Positions 1-13,450 of a DNA stretch of 64,000 nucleotides are shown here, one piece after another; within the stretch, counting starts at the first letter, position 1, and each line of letters starts with the position of its first letter. Source of the stretch: Nemertoderma westbladi (Eukaryota > Animalia > Xenacoelomorpha). The translations under genes were made by a program, and so were the position numbers. The notes under the pieces are model-generated. The model had not been told where the DNA came from, ran no database searches, and saw only the letters and a list, made by a program, of their open reading frames with translations. The stretch lies in the NCBI GenBank assembly GCA_032718475.1, contig JAUCBJ010008277.1, positions 1 to 64,000 on the forward strand, given 5' to 3'.

Positions 1-1348
1 GAACTTAAACTGTTACTGTTCGACAGAACAGTATTAAACTGTATTTAATGCTTACACTGCAATACAATTTAAACTGTTACTGTTCTCGCTTTTGAAGACC
101 TTTAGCAGTTTAACCTGCCAAAATTTATATGTCTTTTAGTTAATTATAACCACTTTAGCATACGACAATAATTTATGCTAATACGCAAAACATTAGCCGA
201 AGTCAGCCCATGCGCGATCATTCACCCGATGGATCTACACCCGGGAGACTGAATTCGGATGCTTGAATTGTATTATTACAGTGTAAGGTTGTAGTGTATA
301 CCTAATGTATTATTCGATAGATCGTTAATAATTAATCTCTGACAGATATTATTGGCTTTCGGGAAATATTAACAGTTCCTTTAGGACGTGGCGCTTTACC
401 TATTTAAACAGAACTAAGACTTATACTAAACGCAACGATACTGCTGCTGATTAAAGTATAAAACGTATTCTTTAGGAAATACTTTGTTACCAAGCACAAT
501 CATACACACTATTCTGCCGACAGTCAGTACATTTGATCACACATAAAGAGAGCAGTAATTGACTCGCGTAGGGTCTGCTAAATAACATTGGATTCAATAC
601 ACACCACATTAATATAAATCGCAATTGTTATATATAGCCGGTCTCTCTAACCTGTAGTGTTATCAAGAAAATTGGGAATTGGGTGATTTATCCGTATTAT
701 CCAAATAGCAATATTTCCATCAACAAATATTTACAATTAATAACTGACGGTAAAATAACAGTACAAACAATATGATTAATGAGTTAGGTGATATTCGATT
801 CGTGAGATTAGGTAACAGTTTATACTTTCGATAATTCAAGCAGTTCTGCAGTTCACGGTACAGCAGTATTCTAGAGCCGGTGTTTCTGGCTTAGACAGCA
901 ATAACAACAAAAGTAAACAACTCTCTCTCTCCCTCTGTAAGACAGAACACTCTCCTTATGATCGGCAGGAAAGCTACACGTCGACAGGAAAAACCGCCCT
1001 GATTGGCCCAAGCCAAACAAAGAACCACGCGGCCAATGGCTGTTTCCATGTCAGCAACCAGCTGCTAGATGTCGTAATATGAATCATCACGGCTAAGCTG
1101 TGAAAGGTGGTTTGTGCATTACAAGTTTTTGTCTTACCATGTCCGCTAAAACACGTATATAGCAGAATGATTTTTATGTCCGTTAAAACACCTGTAAAGG
1201 TACCTTGCGGGCGAGGGGAATATATCTACAGTTAGAAAACCTTTTAGAGTATTCCAGCGCCTGTGGGGAAACTGGATTGCGAAGCAAAAGGGGCCAGTTA
1301 TATCCCACAGAAGCTTTTACAGTGTGTTCATAGTTCATCCCCCTCATG

Positions 1349-1570
1349 GGGGCCAAGGCAGTTTTCGTTTCGGCACGAATGCTACACGAGGGACTAGCAG
1401 GGCGCATCTCTGACTTGCATCCTTAAAACAGTTAAATGTAGCTAAATGAGTAATGGTGTTTGCCCTGGGTGTATACCGTAGTTCTGGGGGACCGCACTGG
1501 AAATAAGTCGTCAAGACCTTCTGCCTAATCCTGTGCCTAACGGCCGAAGGAAATGTACTTCACTTTTTTA
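1349..1570 (+). mobile_element. 5'-truncated copy of a tRNA-derived SINE family
   Basis: Shares 'ggcagttttcgtttcggcacgaatgc', 'gtagctaaatgagt', 'ggaccgcactgg.aataagtcgtca' and an actt/T-rich tail with the copy at 16950-17184. Confidence 0.65.
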
Positions 1571-1635
1571 CAATAGGCCTAACAATTTACACTACATACA
1601 ACGTACAATTTAGATGATTAATTATTGATTTCATT

Positions 1636-2517
1636 ATGGAGTCTACAAAAGAAATCGATCTGAAACCGTTGACAGACGACCAATACAAAGACACATTTAT
1701 CACATTCCTCAGTTACCTAACCGCGTCTCAATACAACGTTGACGACGTATTAGAACCGGTTGTATCGGAATTAATAAAACTACAACGTAATATGAACCAA
1801 AAACCACTAAGTATGCTATCCATTGGAGCGGGTTTGGGGGACAGGGAGGATATTATTATAAACAAGGTAAACATCTCGAGTTTATATGCAATAGAACCGA
1901 ATCCAGAACACATCGCTGTTATTCAATCTCGAGAAAGGGATTGGAAAACTCGAGTAAACAATTTATTTATCGATAGAAATGAGTTTTCTTCGACGTTTCA
2001 GTTATCACCCGATTTTGGATTGAATCACTTCGACGTTATTTTTGTTTCACATAGTTTATATTACATGAAAGACGTTTCGTGGTGCCTAAACAAGTTATAT
2101 TCTATGCTCCGGTTTGGGGGGATGTTGATAATTATGCATCACAACGACGCAGCAGCCACGGTTAGGATCTGGAAACTGTTACATTCCACGTACAAAGTCA
2201 TCTGGAGAGGCAGTAGGCCGATCGCAGACCACGGACTAACGAGTTCGTTAATAGCGAACACGTTCGAAACCCAAGAAATTCCCGTTCGTCACTCGCTCAG
2301 TAAGTTCCCCGTAGTCGTTGACGGGTTGTTTGGCAACAGACCAGATTTGATAAAATTCGTTAGTTTTATGTTACAATTCGATATATCCACCTTATCTCCG
2401 ACAGTAGAGAAATGGATTTTGAGCGAGTTTATAAAATTAGCGGATGAATCGATAGATGGAACTAGTATATGGCTGACTATGTGCGATGCTCTAATGTTTG
2501 TTGATAGAGTGAATTGA
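1636..2517 (+). CDS. Class I SAM-dependent methyltransferase, histamine N-methyltransferase-like (intronless, 293 aa)
   Basis: Motif I MLSIGAGLGD, AIEPN and FDVIFVSHSLYYMKD resemble HNMT LSIGGGAGE / VVEPS / WDFIHMIQMLYYVKD. Length is typical for the family. Confidence 0.8.
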   Translation: MESTKEIDLKPLTDDQYKDTFITFLSYLTASQYNVDDVLEPVVSELIKLQRNMNQKPLSMLSIGAGLGDREDIIINKVNISSLYAIEPNPEHIAVIQSRERDWKTRVNNLFIDRNEFSSTFQLSPDFGLNHFDVIFVSHSLYYMKDVSWCLNKLYSMLRFGGMLIIMHHNDAAATVRIWKLLHSTYKVIWRGSRPIADHGLTSSLIANTFETQEIPVRHSLSKFPVVVDGLFGNRPDLIKFVSFMLQFDISTLSPTVEKWILSEFIKLADESIDGTSIWLTMCDALMFVDRVN

Positions 2518-2899
2518 ATATAGATTTTAGAGAGTACAGTAGTTCATACAGTTAGAATAACATGCCATTGTTAGGGAGTTAGGACTATTGCGATCCGGAC
2601 AATTGCGATCCGGACAATTGCGACCCAACTAGTTTTTTTGAAATCATGGTTCGCAATTGTCCGGATCCAGATAAAAAAAACGATGTAATGTAAATCATAG
2701 ATCATTATACTTTTAGTAATAATATTTAAAATAATATTTATAATATATATAAAAGTAATAATAATATTTAAAATAAATAATAGTATTTAAAAAATACTTT
2801 TCAAATTTATCTTTTTATATGTATCTCGCCGGCATGAATCAAAAAGGAACGAAATTAATGCCGTGAATAAGATTAAAGTAAATCTGAAATTATTTTTTT

Positions 2900-3335
2900 C
2901 CTTTGCGAACACGAAACGTAAAGATAAAGTAAATGTTGGCCCTTTTGTTATTAACGGCAAAATAGTTTCTGATCCCGTTGATATTTGTGAAACTTTACAC
3001 GAACAATACAGTACCAGTCAGTTTTTTTCAATCTAATTACAGCTCTTAGGGTCTACTCACCCTCCGAGTTCTATAAATTCGATCATGATACCTAACTAAC
3101 TGATGTCCCGATTACATTTTAGAACTTATTATCATGGCTATTGATAAGCAATGTGCAGCCTCGTCGGCAGGTCCTGACGGTCCAGCTCTTCTACTCAAAT
3201 CATGTAAGAATGAGTTGGCCCATCCCCTCGCTATAATCTATAAGGAATCATAATCTGGTATATTTCCATATACTTTTAAATTTGGACATATTGCCCCAAT
3301 ATTTAAGAAAGGATCTCGACTGGAGCCAATTAATG
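2900..3335 (+). mobile_element. Degenerate non-LTR retrotransposon fragment (CR1/L2/Jockey-like, pre-RT region)
   Basis: Frameshifted translation gives SSAGPDG...LLKSCKNELAHPLAIIYKES...IAPIFKKGSR, typical of the region just before LINE RT domain 1. Confidence 0.75.
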
Positions 3336-3526
3336 GTGGATTCGGCATCCAACGTTGTCTTTCGCTGTTTACAATAATTGATTAAAAATATATTTAGTAC
3401 AATTATGTTGCTCGCTTTCGTTGGGATGGTACCAAAGCCATGATTCCGAAAGAAATTAAATGGCTTTCCTTAATCTAACGCGACACATTTTTGATAAGTG
3501 CACGCTTTGAATCCAAATGTTACAAT

Positions 3527-3660
3527 ACTACTACTACTAGGATCGGCATGCTGCATTGCAGGTGCATTTTTAAGAATGCTGTGCCGGCTTGTCGACAAAA
3601 TTGCGCCGCCACAACTCCCTATCACCCATGACATTTGCTAGATCATCCCCTATATCTTGG
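3527..3660 (-). mobile_element. 3' end of RTE-like LINE with (TAG)n tail
   Basis: Reverse complement of 13320-13450 and similar to 53961-54160 (gccgccacaactccctatcacccatgacatttgctagat). Tail reads ctactactactag on +. Confidence 0.7.
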
Positions 3661-3779
3661 CTAAATACTTCATCACTGTCAGGGATATCATCCCTCATTA
3701 GCAGTTCAATGTCGCTAAGACGAGTGTTACAGTATTATACATAAAAATTATTGCAAACATGTTGCCCATATGATTCAGT

Positions 3780-5030
3780 AACTCAGTAATATCCATCAAT
3801 TAAAATATTAAGTCTTTCCCGATCTATTCTTGCAGTCTCTAATATTTGTTTATAGGACAAATAATACTGTAGTTACCACCAGCTGCTTCTGCTTGTTGAA
3901 AATAACGAGAGTTCTTCGATTAAATTGTTTTGGAATTTGCCAAGCAAAACATACGAGTGTTGATCAATACCACAAGTATTTAAGAGAAATCTGGTGAGCT
4001 CAACAACGCCTAAACAGTAATTTCGTAATCCCAAAGCTGTATCAGTTGTTAAACTCTTACAAAGTTGCAGGGGCGCAGCCACGTTCCCAAAAGTGGGGGG
4101 GACGATAAAATTATTTTAGGTCCTGCATTCCTAAATTGTGGTGATATGGAAATACACCTTATATTATAAAGTTTAAAGTTATATAAAGTTATTGTCGTGC
4201 AAAAATATTTCATGGTGTTTGGAAATTACAGGGTTGGGAAGGATTAAAATGTACGTAGGAGTTAATAGTTATACTGTAATACCCTATCAGAGTTAGTTAT
4301 GATTATTTGAAATTTATAAATGAATTGGAGTTGAGCTGTTAATGCAACTGTAATTAAAGGTGTCGCGCTTTTTCATTTTTCCATTTCTGAACAAAACCAT
4401 AATATTACACATTTGAAATTTGAATTGAATATACAATCGTATATACAAAAGTGTAAAAAGTGCCGGGGACATATGATATGTTGTCCCCCCCTACCTGAAA
4501 AGTGGGAGGGACATGTCACCCCCCCCCCCCCCCCCTATGGCTGCGCCACTGCAAAGTTGTTTATTGGTTGACGTCTTCATAAACATGGCGGCTACCTTTC
4601 TTAGATAAATCCTCCAAAAAGGTTAACCTGGGGTCGTTTACATCACGAACTGGATCTTGCCTTGAATCACGAGACTTTACACATTGAAATTGGTGTTTAA
4701 TATTAATTATTCGGAAAACTTTGTAACTAAAGCAATAAAGTCAGCAGTATCACTTTGATGTATCCTTTCTAGACAGAGAATTCCGTTTCAACACAAAATA
4801 CCTGAATAGTACTGTAAGTGACACTTGCTGTCGTTGTATCTTACTGGGAGTAATCGACTTTTGAGTTAGATGAGACCATGGCGCTAATGGATGAGACTTT
4901 CTCAAGAGACTAACTGCTTCAAGGTCACTCCATTTAGATATTCTACTGTAAATCAGAAAAAAGGGCGTTCCTGATTGTACAGTAGGCCTATTGAGTATGT
5001 GATAACCACGGTGTTTAGCTTGTCTGCACA
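3780..5030 (-). pseudogene. Degenerate P-element/THAP9-type transposase, interrupted by a hAT MITE
   Basis: Minus-strand fragments KSITPSKIQRQQVSL, DTADFIALVTKFFRIIN, YVLLGKFQNNLIE...AGGNY..QILE resemble P-transposase motifs (ERQ.V.L; YVLLGKFQTDPLE; GGNY). Stops and frameshifts are present. Confidence 0.7.
4068..4551. mobile_element. hAT-type MITE
   Basis: Termini CAGGGGCGCAGCCA...TGGCTGCGCCACTG. Exact 8-bp TSD CAAAGTTG at 4060-4067 and 4552-4559. Confidence 0.9.
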
Positions 5031-6358
5031 AAATTATTTAGCCACGGCCTGATTAACTCGGTTGTTGTTGGTTGTTGCACCATCCCTCAAACAATATCCA
5101 CAGATTGAGTCGATTACGTAAGAAATTCGTTGAACTTCAGCTACTAATGGGTATTCCTTTACATATTCTCCAATTACATTACTGTACTTCTCTCTCCTAC
5201 ATACATCGATTACTCGAGTACCTCGAATACTGTAATGTTTAATTTTGTGGGGCAGTGCTCCCCTATCATCGATTAAGCCCTTACATACGAAGATTAATAA
5301 GTTTCTACGGTGCATCACCTTTAATCACTACCGCTCGCCGCTACCTCAAAATACAAACAATTAAATATTATCCCCCTAAAACAGCTGTATGCACTTCATA
5401 TATCAACCCCTGTTCAGACATTGCACAGCTATTCCAACGGCGCAAGATTGTTCACTATTGTTTCACTCGTTCTGCAGCTCACTATAACTTCACTATATTC
5501 TGTGTATTCCTCTAGCGAATCTAACGACATCACAACTATCGTCCAGTTTCAGAGGCCCACGCCACACACCTGGAACTCAGATCCGTTAGAGATCGGGGAC
5601 AATAAATCGAGACGATCATTCCGTTTTCATGTTACAAAAATTATCTGTATATATTGTATACTGTATACACCATTATACATTATGATCAAAACTTCAGTAT
5701 GAACTACTGTAGACAAAATTTTGTGTTAATTTCTAGGCCACCAGAGAATCTCTTCATATAAACAAAATAAGTTATACTTTTTAGTTCCATACTTTAATTA
5801 CCCTCTAATTAAATATCTAGCATCAATACGGCGCAATTTTTCTTTCTTAAAGTCATTAAAGGTGAACGAAAGACAACAACAATCGTTTTCATTGATTGCA
5901 GGCGTTGTCCCACCCATATGTCTCATTTTATCTCGCCGTCATCCTACCCACCCACCCTGGCAGCACTAGCTCTGCTATTAGTCAGGTGTGATAGTGTCCA
6001 TGTATCTAACCAAAAAATTGCTTGTAATCATACAGTAGTAGCATAATAGATACATGTGTTGCTCTTAGTTTGATGGAGTATTTTAATAAATTCAATTATA
6101 TTCATCGATTAAATATGCCTCCATATAAAATATATATGGTATAATAAATTTGATTCATAAAGTTGAGAAACCTGTGCATCTATGTATATGAGGCGCCGTT
6201 AACATCTAATGCAACATAAATTTACGTTCTTAAAAAATTACAAACGGCTAGAAGGAGGGCTTCACTCAACTCAACTGGTAGGCCTACTACTGTACTACTG
6301 TACTACAGTACTACAGTTTACTAGTACTATACTGAAGCAGTGCTGCAGTGAAGACCGG

Positions 6359-8232
6359 TGTAACAGCGGATTCTGTCCCCCCGCGGATATGGTCCGGGGG
6401 GACCGAATCCGCTAGCGGATTGAGTCCGGGGGGACCGAATCCGCTAGCGGATTCTGTCCCCCCTCCGCAGATTGAGTCCCCCCTTAAATTATAATTCTAC
6501 AGTACAGTCAGACAGTGCTGAGTGCAGCAGTACTGGTCACTGGTACTGACATAGCAGCGTAGCTTATGCATTAAATTATAGACTGATTAAAACTGCAGTA
6601 GCTACCACTACTGCGTTAAACTAAATTCCCACATCTGTATAATATACTGATATAGTCGTATCAGTACAGTAGGCTATTATGGCCAACTTCGATGAGACAC
6701 AGCTTTATCAAGCCGTCTATAATTATATTTCGGGAGATGACACATATCCAGTCAATTCAACAAAGTTGCAACTATACTCAGGAAAGTACGGTGGCTGAAT
6801 TGTGCCACTTAATACTTTTTTTTTATTTTTTTTTTGAAGCGACTTTTTGGTCGACCAAAAAGTACTTTTTGGTCGACCAAAAAGTAGTTTTTGGTCGACC
6901 AATAAGTCGACTTTTTGGTCGACCAAAAAGTAGTTTTTGGTCGACCAAAAAGTAGTTTTTGGTCGACCAAAAAGTACTTTTTGGTCGACCAATAAGTCGA
7001 CTTTTTGGTCGACCAAAAAGTACTTTTTGGTCGACCAAAAAGTACTTTTTGGTCGACCAAAAAGTCTGGAAGTATTATCCAATAGAAAACATACAACTAT
7101 TTTCGAGGCAAAATCAAATTACATTAAGTGAATTAGGTGGTTATTTAAAACTGTAACACTATCATGATGAAGGATTAATATCCTAGGTACCGGTAGGCCT
7201 AGCGATCAATATGTTTAACAAAGCTTTATGTACACCGGTACAGTAATTTGATTTTACCTCCAAAATACTGTAGTTATATATATGTTTTCTATTGGATAAT
7301 ACTTCCAGACTTTTTGGTCGACCAAAAAGTACTTTTTGGTCGACCAAAAAGTACTTTTTGGTCGACCAAAAAGTCGACTTATTGGTCGACCAAAAAGTCG
7401 ACTTATTGGTCGACCAAAAAGTACTTTTTGGTCGACCAAAAAGTCGCTTCAAAAAAAAAATAAAAAAAAAGTATTAAGTGGCACAATTCAGCCACCGTAG
7501 GAAAGCGGCTAATTTCAACATTATAGATTCATTATGGATGAGGGATGGTTACATGATGAGGAGGAAGATATTGTACTGTCCCTATTACAGTAATAATCAT
7601 ACTGTAGTTCGAGTTGTCAGGTGTCTTTGGTTGGATTTGTCATTGGTCAGTTTGGTGTCATTTCGTTTAATTAATAATATTAAATGAATTAATTACCTAG
7701 GCCTAATATAAATGGTTTTACAGATAGTATTTTCTGGGGGGAGGGGGGGGGGGTATATTCAGTTCAACTGTTACACCTAAACCCAACTGAGTAACAGTTA
7801 TTCATATTCATTCATGTTCATTCATATTATTAGTTTGCAGGTGGGGAGGATAAATTTTCTAATAATAAAAAGGCTAAAACAATATAACCTCATTACAATA
7901 AATTTATCGTACTACGAAATTGGAGAGGAGCAGGTTACACACAATGTTTTCTAACCAGAACAATAAACGATACATACTGAATAACAGGTCTGTCAGTATT
8001 GTATCCATTGACAATAGGGAAGGGAAGGGAACCGAGCAGTCTGGCAGTGTATTTTGAATTTATTGCAATAACATTGGGGGGACCAAATCCGCGAACGAGG
8101 ACCCAATCCGCTAGCAGATTTGGTCCGGGGGGACCAAATCTGCTATAGCGGATTGGGTCCGGGGGGACTAAATCCGCTAGCAGATCTGGTCCGGGGGGAC
8201 CGATTCTTCGGGGGACTGAATCCGCTGTTACA
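6359..8232. mobile_element. Non-autonomous Ginger1-like DNA transposon
   Basis: Termini TGTAACAGCGGATT...AATCCGCTGTTACA flanked by CCGG on both sides (6355-6358, 8233-8236). Subterminal 'ggggggaccgaatccgctagcggatt' repeats at both ends. TGT termini with a CCGG 4-bp TSD match Ginger1. Confidence 0.75.
6787..7499. mobile_element. IS3EU-like foldback MITE with internal ~21-bp palindromic repeats
   Basis: TIRs TACGGTGGCTGAATTGTGCCACTTAATAC..., 6-bp TSD GGAAAG (6781-6786, 7500-7505), arrays of ttttggtcgaccaaaaagtac. TAYGG ends with a 6-bp TSD fit IS3EU. Confidence 0.8.
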
Positions 8233-8233
8233 C

Positions 8234-8940
8234 CGGTACGTACTAAAAGGTAGAACGATCTATAACGGGCTATAACGATCTATAACGGGCTATAACTTTC
8301 TATAACAAGCTATAACCACCTTATAACGAGCTATAATCTGAAAATTTACAATAAAAAAACATATTTTAGAATGGATTTATTTTCCTAGTCAGTAATTTAA
8401 TTAGGCCTACGCAATTTAGTTTTTTACCTAGTCCATATTACTTTTCATCTTTGTGGTATCACGAAATCAGTCATTACTGCATTAGTCAACATGCCACTAC
8501 TGCACTACTGCATTATCTGACTATCAGACAAGTGCAGCAGTGAGGAGGTCTCCCATCTCTCTGTCTATCCTCCATCCTGCTATCCGCTGTCAGCTTCTGG
8601 TCGATATAGAATACAGGAATTTGAATTTAGTGAGTAATAGGACAATAAAAAAAACTTACCAGTATATCAATGTCAATTAGGCATAGGCAGATAGGCCTGC
8701 CCTAATTTTTAACCTGCAGTATTTTTCAGACCACGTGTTAGGCCTAATCCAAAAGTTAAACACACCCAAGGGGCGTTTTTTTAATGTAAATTTTCATATT
8801 ACTGTATTACAGTATTATAGCTCGTTATAGATGGTTATACAGTTATAGCTTGTTTATAGAAAGTTATAGTCCGTTATAGATCGTTTATAGCCCGTTATAG
8901 ATCGTTAGGCCTATACCTTTTAATACTGTAATACGTACCG
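8234..8940. mobile_element. TIR MITE with (ctataac) subterminal repeats
   Basis: Ends CGGTACGTACTAAAAGGTA / TACCTTTTAATAC..TACGTACCG, with inverted arrays of aacgatctataacgggc. Possible ~8-bp TSD tgaag(t)ac. Confidence 0.7.
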
Positions 8941-9287
8941 TGAAGTACCTTGCCTGCTACCGCAGAACCTGAGTACAGCACAGCAGCAGTAGGCCTACAG
9001 CAGTACCGGTACTCTAATACCGGTACTGTAATAATCTGATAATAGATCACCTGATCACAGAGCTGTAGAGACATCCATTCATCTTACTGTCTTACTGCTG
9101 TACGGTACCGTACAGCCGTACCTGTACTCGTACTGTGCAATATCTGTAACGGTATATCGCCCTATTTCTGTATTTCCAATTATTTAACCAAGGGACTGAC
9201 TGACTGAATAAGGATACATACCGGTAATATATACCAGTATACCTACCCTACCCTACCTGCCTTTGCCTACAGCACAGGAATATAAAT

Positions 9288-10106
9288 ATGTCTGCCCCTC
9301 CTGCTAAAATCTCGAACACCGATAACGGAATGACCGGTAAGCCGGAAGATGGAATGTACCGGTACGTAGCAGACGCTACGACCCAAAAAGCAATTGACGA
9401 GATCGACAATATTCAGTTCGACCTCGATAGGATAAACGCGAAAGCTTCAGAAGAGATCCTAAAAGTCGAACAAGAACTCAATCGAACGCGGAAACCGTTG
9501 TTCGATAAACGCGCTGAAATTATCGACAACATCCCCGACTTCTGGCTCTCCACATTCATCCACCATCCCGTCTTCGAGGGTTTCCTACACGACCAGGACA
9601 CCGAGGTCCTCCAGTACCTCACGAAACTGGACGTAGAAGAATTTGACGGCGATAAATCCGGCTACAAGATTAGTTTCTTGTTCGAGAATAACCCGTTCTT
9701 TGAGGAAACTTCGTTGACTAAAGAATTCCGATTGAATGATATGGGCGAACCGGTGTCCAAGTCGACCCCGATAACTTGGAAGTCGGGAAAGGATTTAACG
9801 AAACGGGTAGCGACGCCGTCCAAAGAGGGTAAGAAACGGCCGTACGAGGAACCGGAGAGCTTCTTCTGCTTCTTCAACGACGATATGGACAGTGGCGCTG
9901 TGGAACTCTCTGAGGTCATCAAGGACGATATCTGGCCCAACCCGCTGCAGTACTACCTGCTTGGGGAGGCTGATGATGAGGACCTCGAAGAAGAAATTGA
10001 CGAGTTGGGGGACAAAGAAGAAGAGGAAGAAGATGATGATGAAGAGGAACCGGAGGACGAGGAAGTTGATGGCGGTGAGGTGGGGGAGGAGGAAGGTGGG
10101 GTCTGA
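9288..10106 (+). CDS. SET: Protein SET / TAF-I, NAP-family histone chaperone (intronless, 272 aa)
   Basis: N-terminus MSAPPAK; QKAIDEIDNIQ..ASEEILKVEQ; IPDFWLSTFIHHP; STPITWKSGKDLTKR; EPESFF; IKDDIWPNPLQYYL; acidic tail. Confidence 0.95.
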   Translation: MSAPPAKISNTDNGMTGKPEDGMYRYVADATTQKAIDEIDNIQFDLDRINAKASEEILKVEQELNRTRKPLFDKRAEIIDNIPDFWLSTFIHHPVFEGFLHDQDTEVLQYLTKLDVEEFDGDKSGYKISFLFENNPFFEETSLTKEFRLNDMGEPVSKSTPITWKSGKDLTKRVATPSKEGKKRPYEEPESFFCFFNDDMDSGAVELSEVIKDDIWPNPLQYYLLGEADDEDLEEEIDELGDKEEEEEDDDEEEPEDEEVDGGEVGEEEGGV

Positions 10107-11259
10107 ACGTCCCATTAGTCCGTACTTGTGCTCCCCTCGCAATACTTTGTAAAGCCAAGCCGACTGGAATTCAACCTATTTTTTGTATAAATAACAATAG
10201 GCCTACCGGTAGGCCAATTCAACAAATTATTTAAAAAATCGTTAAAACTAATTAATATTCATCCGATATCGCGCTGTTATGAGAAGATTCATTCCTACAT
10301 ACTCCCAGTATAAGGGCAACACATTATGTTCCGTGTACATCAATAGCATCTAATAGTATCATGTAACAGTTATAGTCAATACAAATTGTTGATAGCGGGG
10401 TCCACTTTATCTCCTGGCACACTGGTCACATGCCCATAAACTCCACTGCGATTGCTTTATTTTTTTACACCGTTGTATTATTGACGTTGTTATCTTTCAT
10501 TGGGTTTAATTACAATCATGTTATCAGACATACAATAAGATTCATATTTTCACGTCGTGTTTAGTATGTTATTAATTAATATATTACATTGAGATAATAA
10601 ACTGTTATTTAACAATTATATTATTAATATGTTATCTGGCACAACTAATTTATTTTACTCCCCTCTTGTGTACAAGACACGCGACATTGTGATGAGAAAC
10701 AAAACTATTGTCAATCGGATCATATTCCGCAATTACCCAACTTACTTATTATGTTTATGGCAGCACATTACCCCAATCATCACGAGTCTCACACAACTTA
10801 TAAAATATTGTGTTTTGCCACACTGTAGTACATCGTTAATACACATCATAGGCCTGTTTTAGCGCTGCTTTTTTATATGAGGGTTTCAGTGGTCTATTCT
10901 ATATTTGAAATTTTAACATTCAACTTAAACGATAAATGTCTAGAAATTATTCAAACTAAATAAAGCTCGAAAAAAGCTCAGAAAAAATAAGATATATTCA
11001 ATCTTTAACAAAATTCTAGAATGTGAATTTATTCAACCAAAAATGTTTACAATAATGACCAAATTATCCTACCAAATCCGCGAGTGCCTACTCCTAATAC
11101 AACTTGAGGCAGTCCAAAAAGGTCTCAACCTCGCATAAAAAAAACTCAGAAAGACACTCGAAAGAACTTGGTCTTTAGGTGACGGGAGAGGTCTGATTTC
11201 CAGACATGGTAACCGTTTTTGATAGATTTAACCGTCGGTTTCGGATGCTCTCTATCCAT

Positions 11260-11490
11260 GACCCAATCCAAATTCCTTAGCAGCCCTTTCCACTTTATGT
11301 AGTAGAAGTTGTGCATCTGCTAGGGTATTAGAAAGCAGAGCAATATCATCTATATCTATGAGGAGAGTTCTGCTGTTTCTACGTTCTTGAAATGTGAACT
11401 CCACCAATTGTAGCTTTCCTCATTGGGTTATTCCAATACTATGATATAGTAATAGAAATAATGTGTCACCTTGCAGTAAACATGCCCGGG
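11260..11490 (-). mobile_element. RTE-like reverse-transcriptase relic
   Basis: Minus strand reads LLQGDTL and (Y)IDDIALLSNTLADAQLLLHKVERAAKEFGL. Confidence 0.65.
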
Positions 11491-11859
11491 TTGATAAGAA
11501 CCTAGTTTGAGTTTCTGGCGAGAGTACCTGAGCTTCTGTGTCACAATATACAATAACAATCCAACACCAGCAACTTTTACCTCTGGTTTTCCAAAAGCTC
11601 TTGGTGCGTCCAGCATTTTTTAACTCTATGGATGGAGTCGAATGCTTTCGTCCACAAAAGGCAGAACTGCGGGAAGGTTCCCCTGTTTCTATAGGTGCTC
11701 GATGTTTGGTGGCTGCCCAAGCAAGTTGCTGAAGTAATCGTTCGATTTCCAATCTTCGTACAATATGTGAGCAGTGGTTGCTTCACTTTTGTGTTTGCCC
11801 TATATGTACTGTACTTCTCCCTTATTTAAAACGACTCAGTCTCCCGACCACGTATGTTC

Positions 11860-13450
11860 AGCATACTTGCAGCATATGGGATTCCTGAGGAACTTATTGC
11901 AGGTACTGTATCAGATCACCTTTCGATGGTTCCCCGCCACATGTGTGTCTACTGCTGAAAGTGACCCATTCGAAGTCTTATGGAGAGTCCTTCAGGGTGA
12001 CACACTTGCACCATTCTTATTCGTAATTGTGGTTGATTATGTTCTACACATGTCCTTAGACATCTTATAAAGATGTGATGGTAACACCCATCACGGGCAC
12101 AATGAATAGAGGACATCCAGCAGCACAGTACCCTACTGATGAGTTAGGGGTAGGCCTACTGACCGAATCACTAAAGGGATCCCAAAGGCTCCTCTGCTAA
12201 TTGGAGCAGATTGCTTCTAAAATTATCACAGAGAACCTTGACAGCCCTCAAGAAATGTCTGATCGTAAGAGCATAAGTTCCGGTCTGGAATTGGAATTGG
12301 AATTTTTTATTTGACGTTAAATCAGTTAAAACAGGCACTAAGTATATCATTAAAATATAAGATAATATATTTTATAATATATAAGATAATATTATATAAT
12401 AATAAATAAAAGAAAAAAAAACATAATTTTGGTAAAATTTAGGACTAACAAACATAGTGGATACGAGTTAAAATGTATAAATGCAACAACCACAAAATTA
12501 TTGTAATTTTACTAAAAAATATTGTAATTATTATACAGTGATAAGACATTTAGGACAAACGGAAACAGTGGATAAGATATGTAAGGTATAAATAAAAGCA
12601 ACAACGACCACACAATAATTATAAAAACGTTCGGCATCAATAAAATGTATCTATTAGTAATCAAAAGGTTTACGTTGCCTTTTTAATACATTTTTAAAAC
12701 TGTATTTATTTACTGTTTATTGTCTTATTTTAAAATAATATGTACTGTATATATTTCTATTCTGCTATTTCTATTACTATTCTGCTAGGCTGCTATTTCT
12801 ATTAGCTTTTTCTATTGCTATTTATATTACTTGCTTGAGCACGATGATGATTTATGCTACGTGGGATCATGGATCCGAAGGTCAGGTGAAAACCTTCGGA
12901 TACGCAAGGGAAAGACATAGGCAGCATTGAATAGTTTGGATTTGGAAGACCCATAGAATTAATTGGAACCCCAAGGTTCGATTATTTATGGCAGTGGTTA
13001 GTACCAGTACTGTTATATGGGAGTCCATGCTGGGCTCTAACTGCAGAGAATGCACTTTCACAAGAATGCTGCACCGGGTTCATTGTTTCAAGTATAATGA
13101 ACACATTTCCAATCAGACTCTATACAACATTGGAGGATTTAATTAGTCTCCCCTAGCTTGAGACCTGAACGGACCATCTCCGCTTTGCCGGACATTGCTT
13201 TTGCCGTGAGGACCAGTCAGTGCATAATCTTGTGCTTCGGTGGCCGAGGGCATAATCATGGTTCAGCCCATAACTTTCTTTAGACGCATCTTAAATGACA
13301 CTGGCCATGGAGATGCGGATTATCTAGCAAATGACATGGGTGATAGGGAGTTGTGGCGGTGCAGCTTTGTCGACAAGTCGGCCATTGAAATATAATAGAC
13401 ATGAGAATGTAATATATATAGCTGCATTGCAGCATGCCGATAGTAGTAGC
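11860..13450 (+). mobile_element. Degenerate RTE-clade LINE (RT core, C-terminal region, 3' UTR, TAG tail) with an AT-rich interruption
   Basis: GIPEEL..., VLQGDTLAPFLFVIVVDYVL, then YVGSWI..RIRKG, PVLLYGSPCWALT, FTRML, HISNQTLY. Tail tagtagtag at ~13441. Confidence 0.75.

Noticed and set aside
1-1140. Possible LTR or promoter-bearing repeat (CCAAT boxes, ends in ...tacca)
   Set aside because: No second copy, TSD or internal retroelement ORF in the window to support it.
6692-7477. FGRPKSTFWSTKK-type ORFs
   Set aside because: Translations of palindromic 21-bp repeats inside the IS3EU-like MITE.
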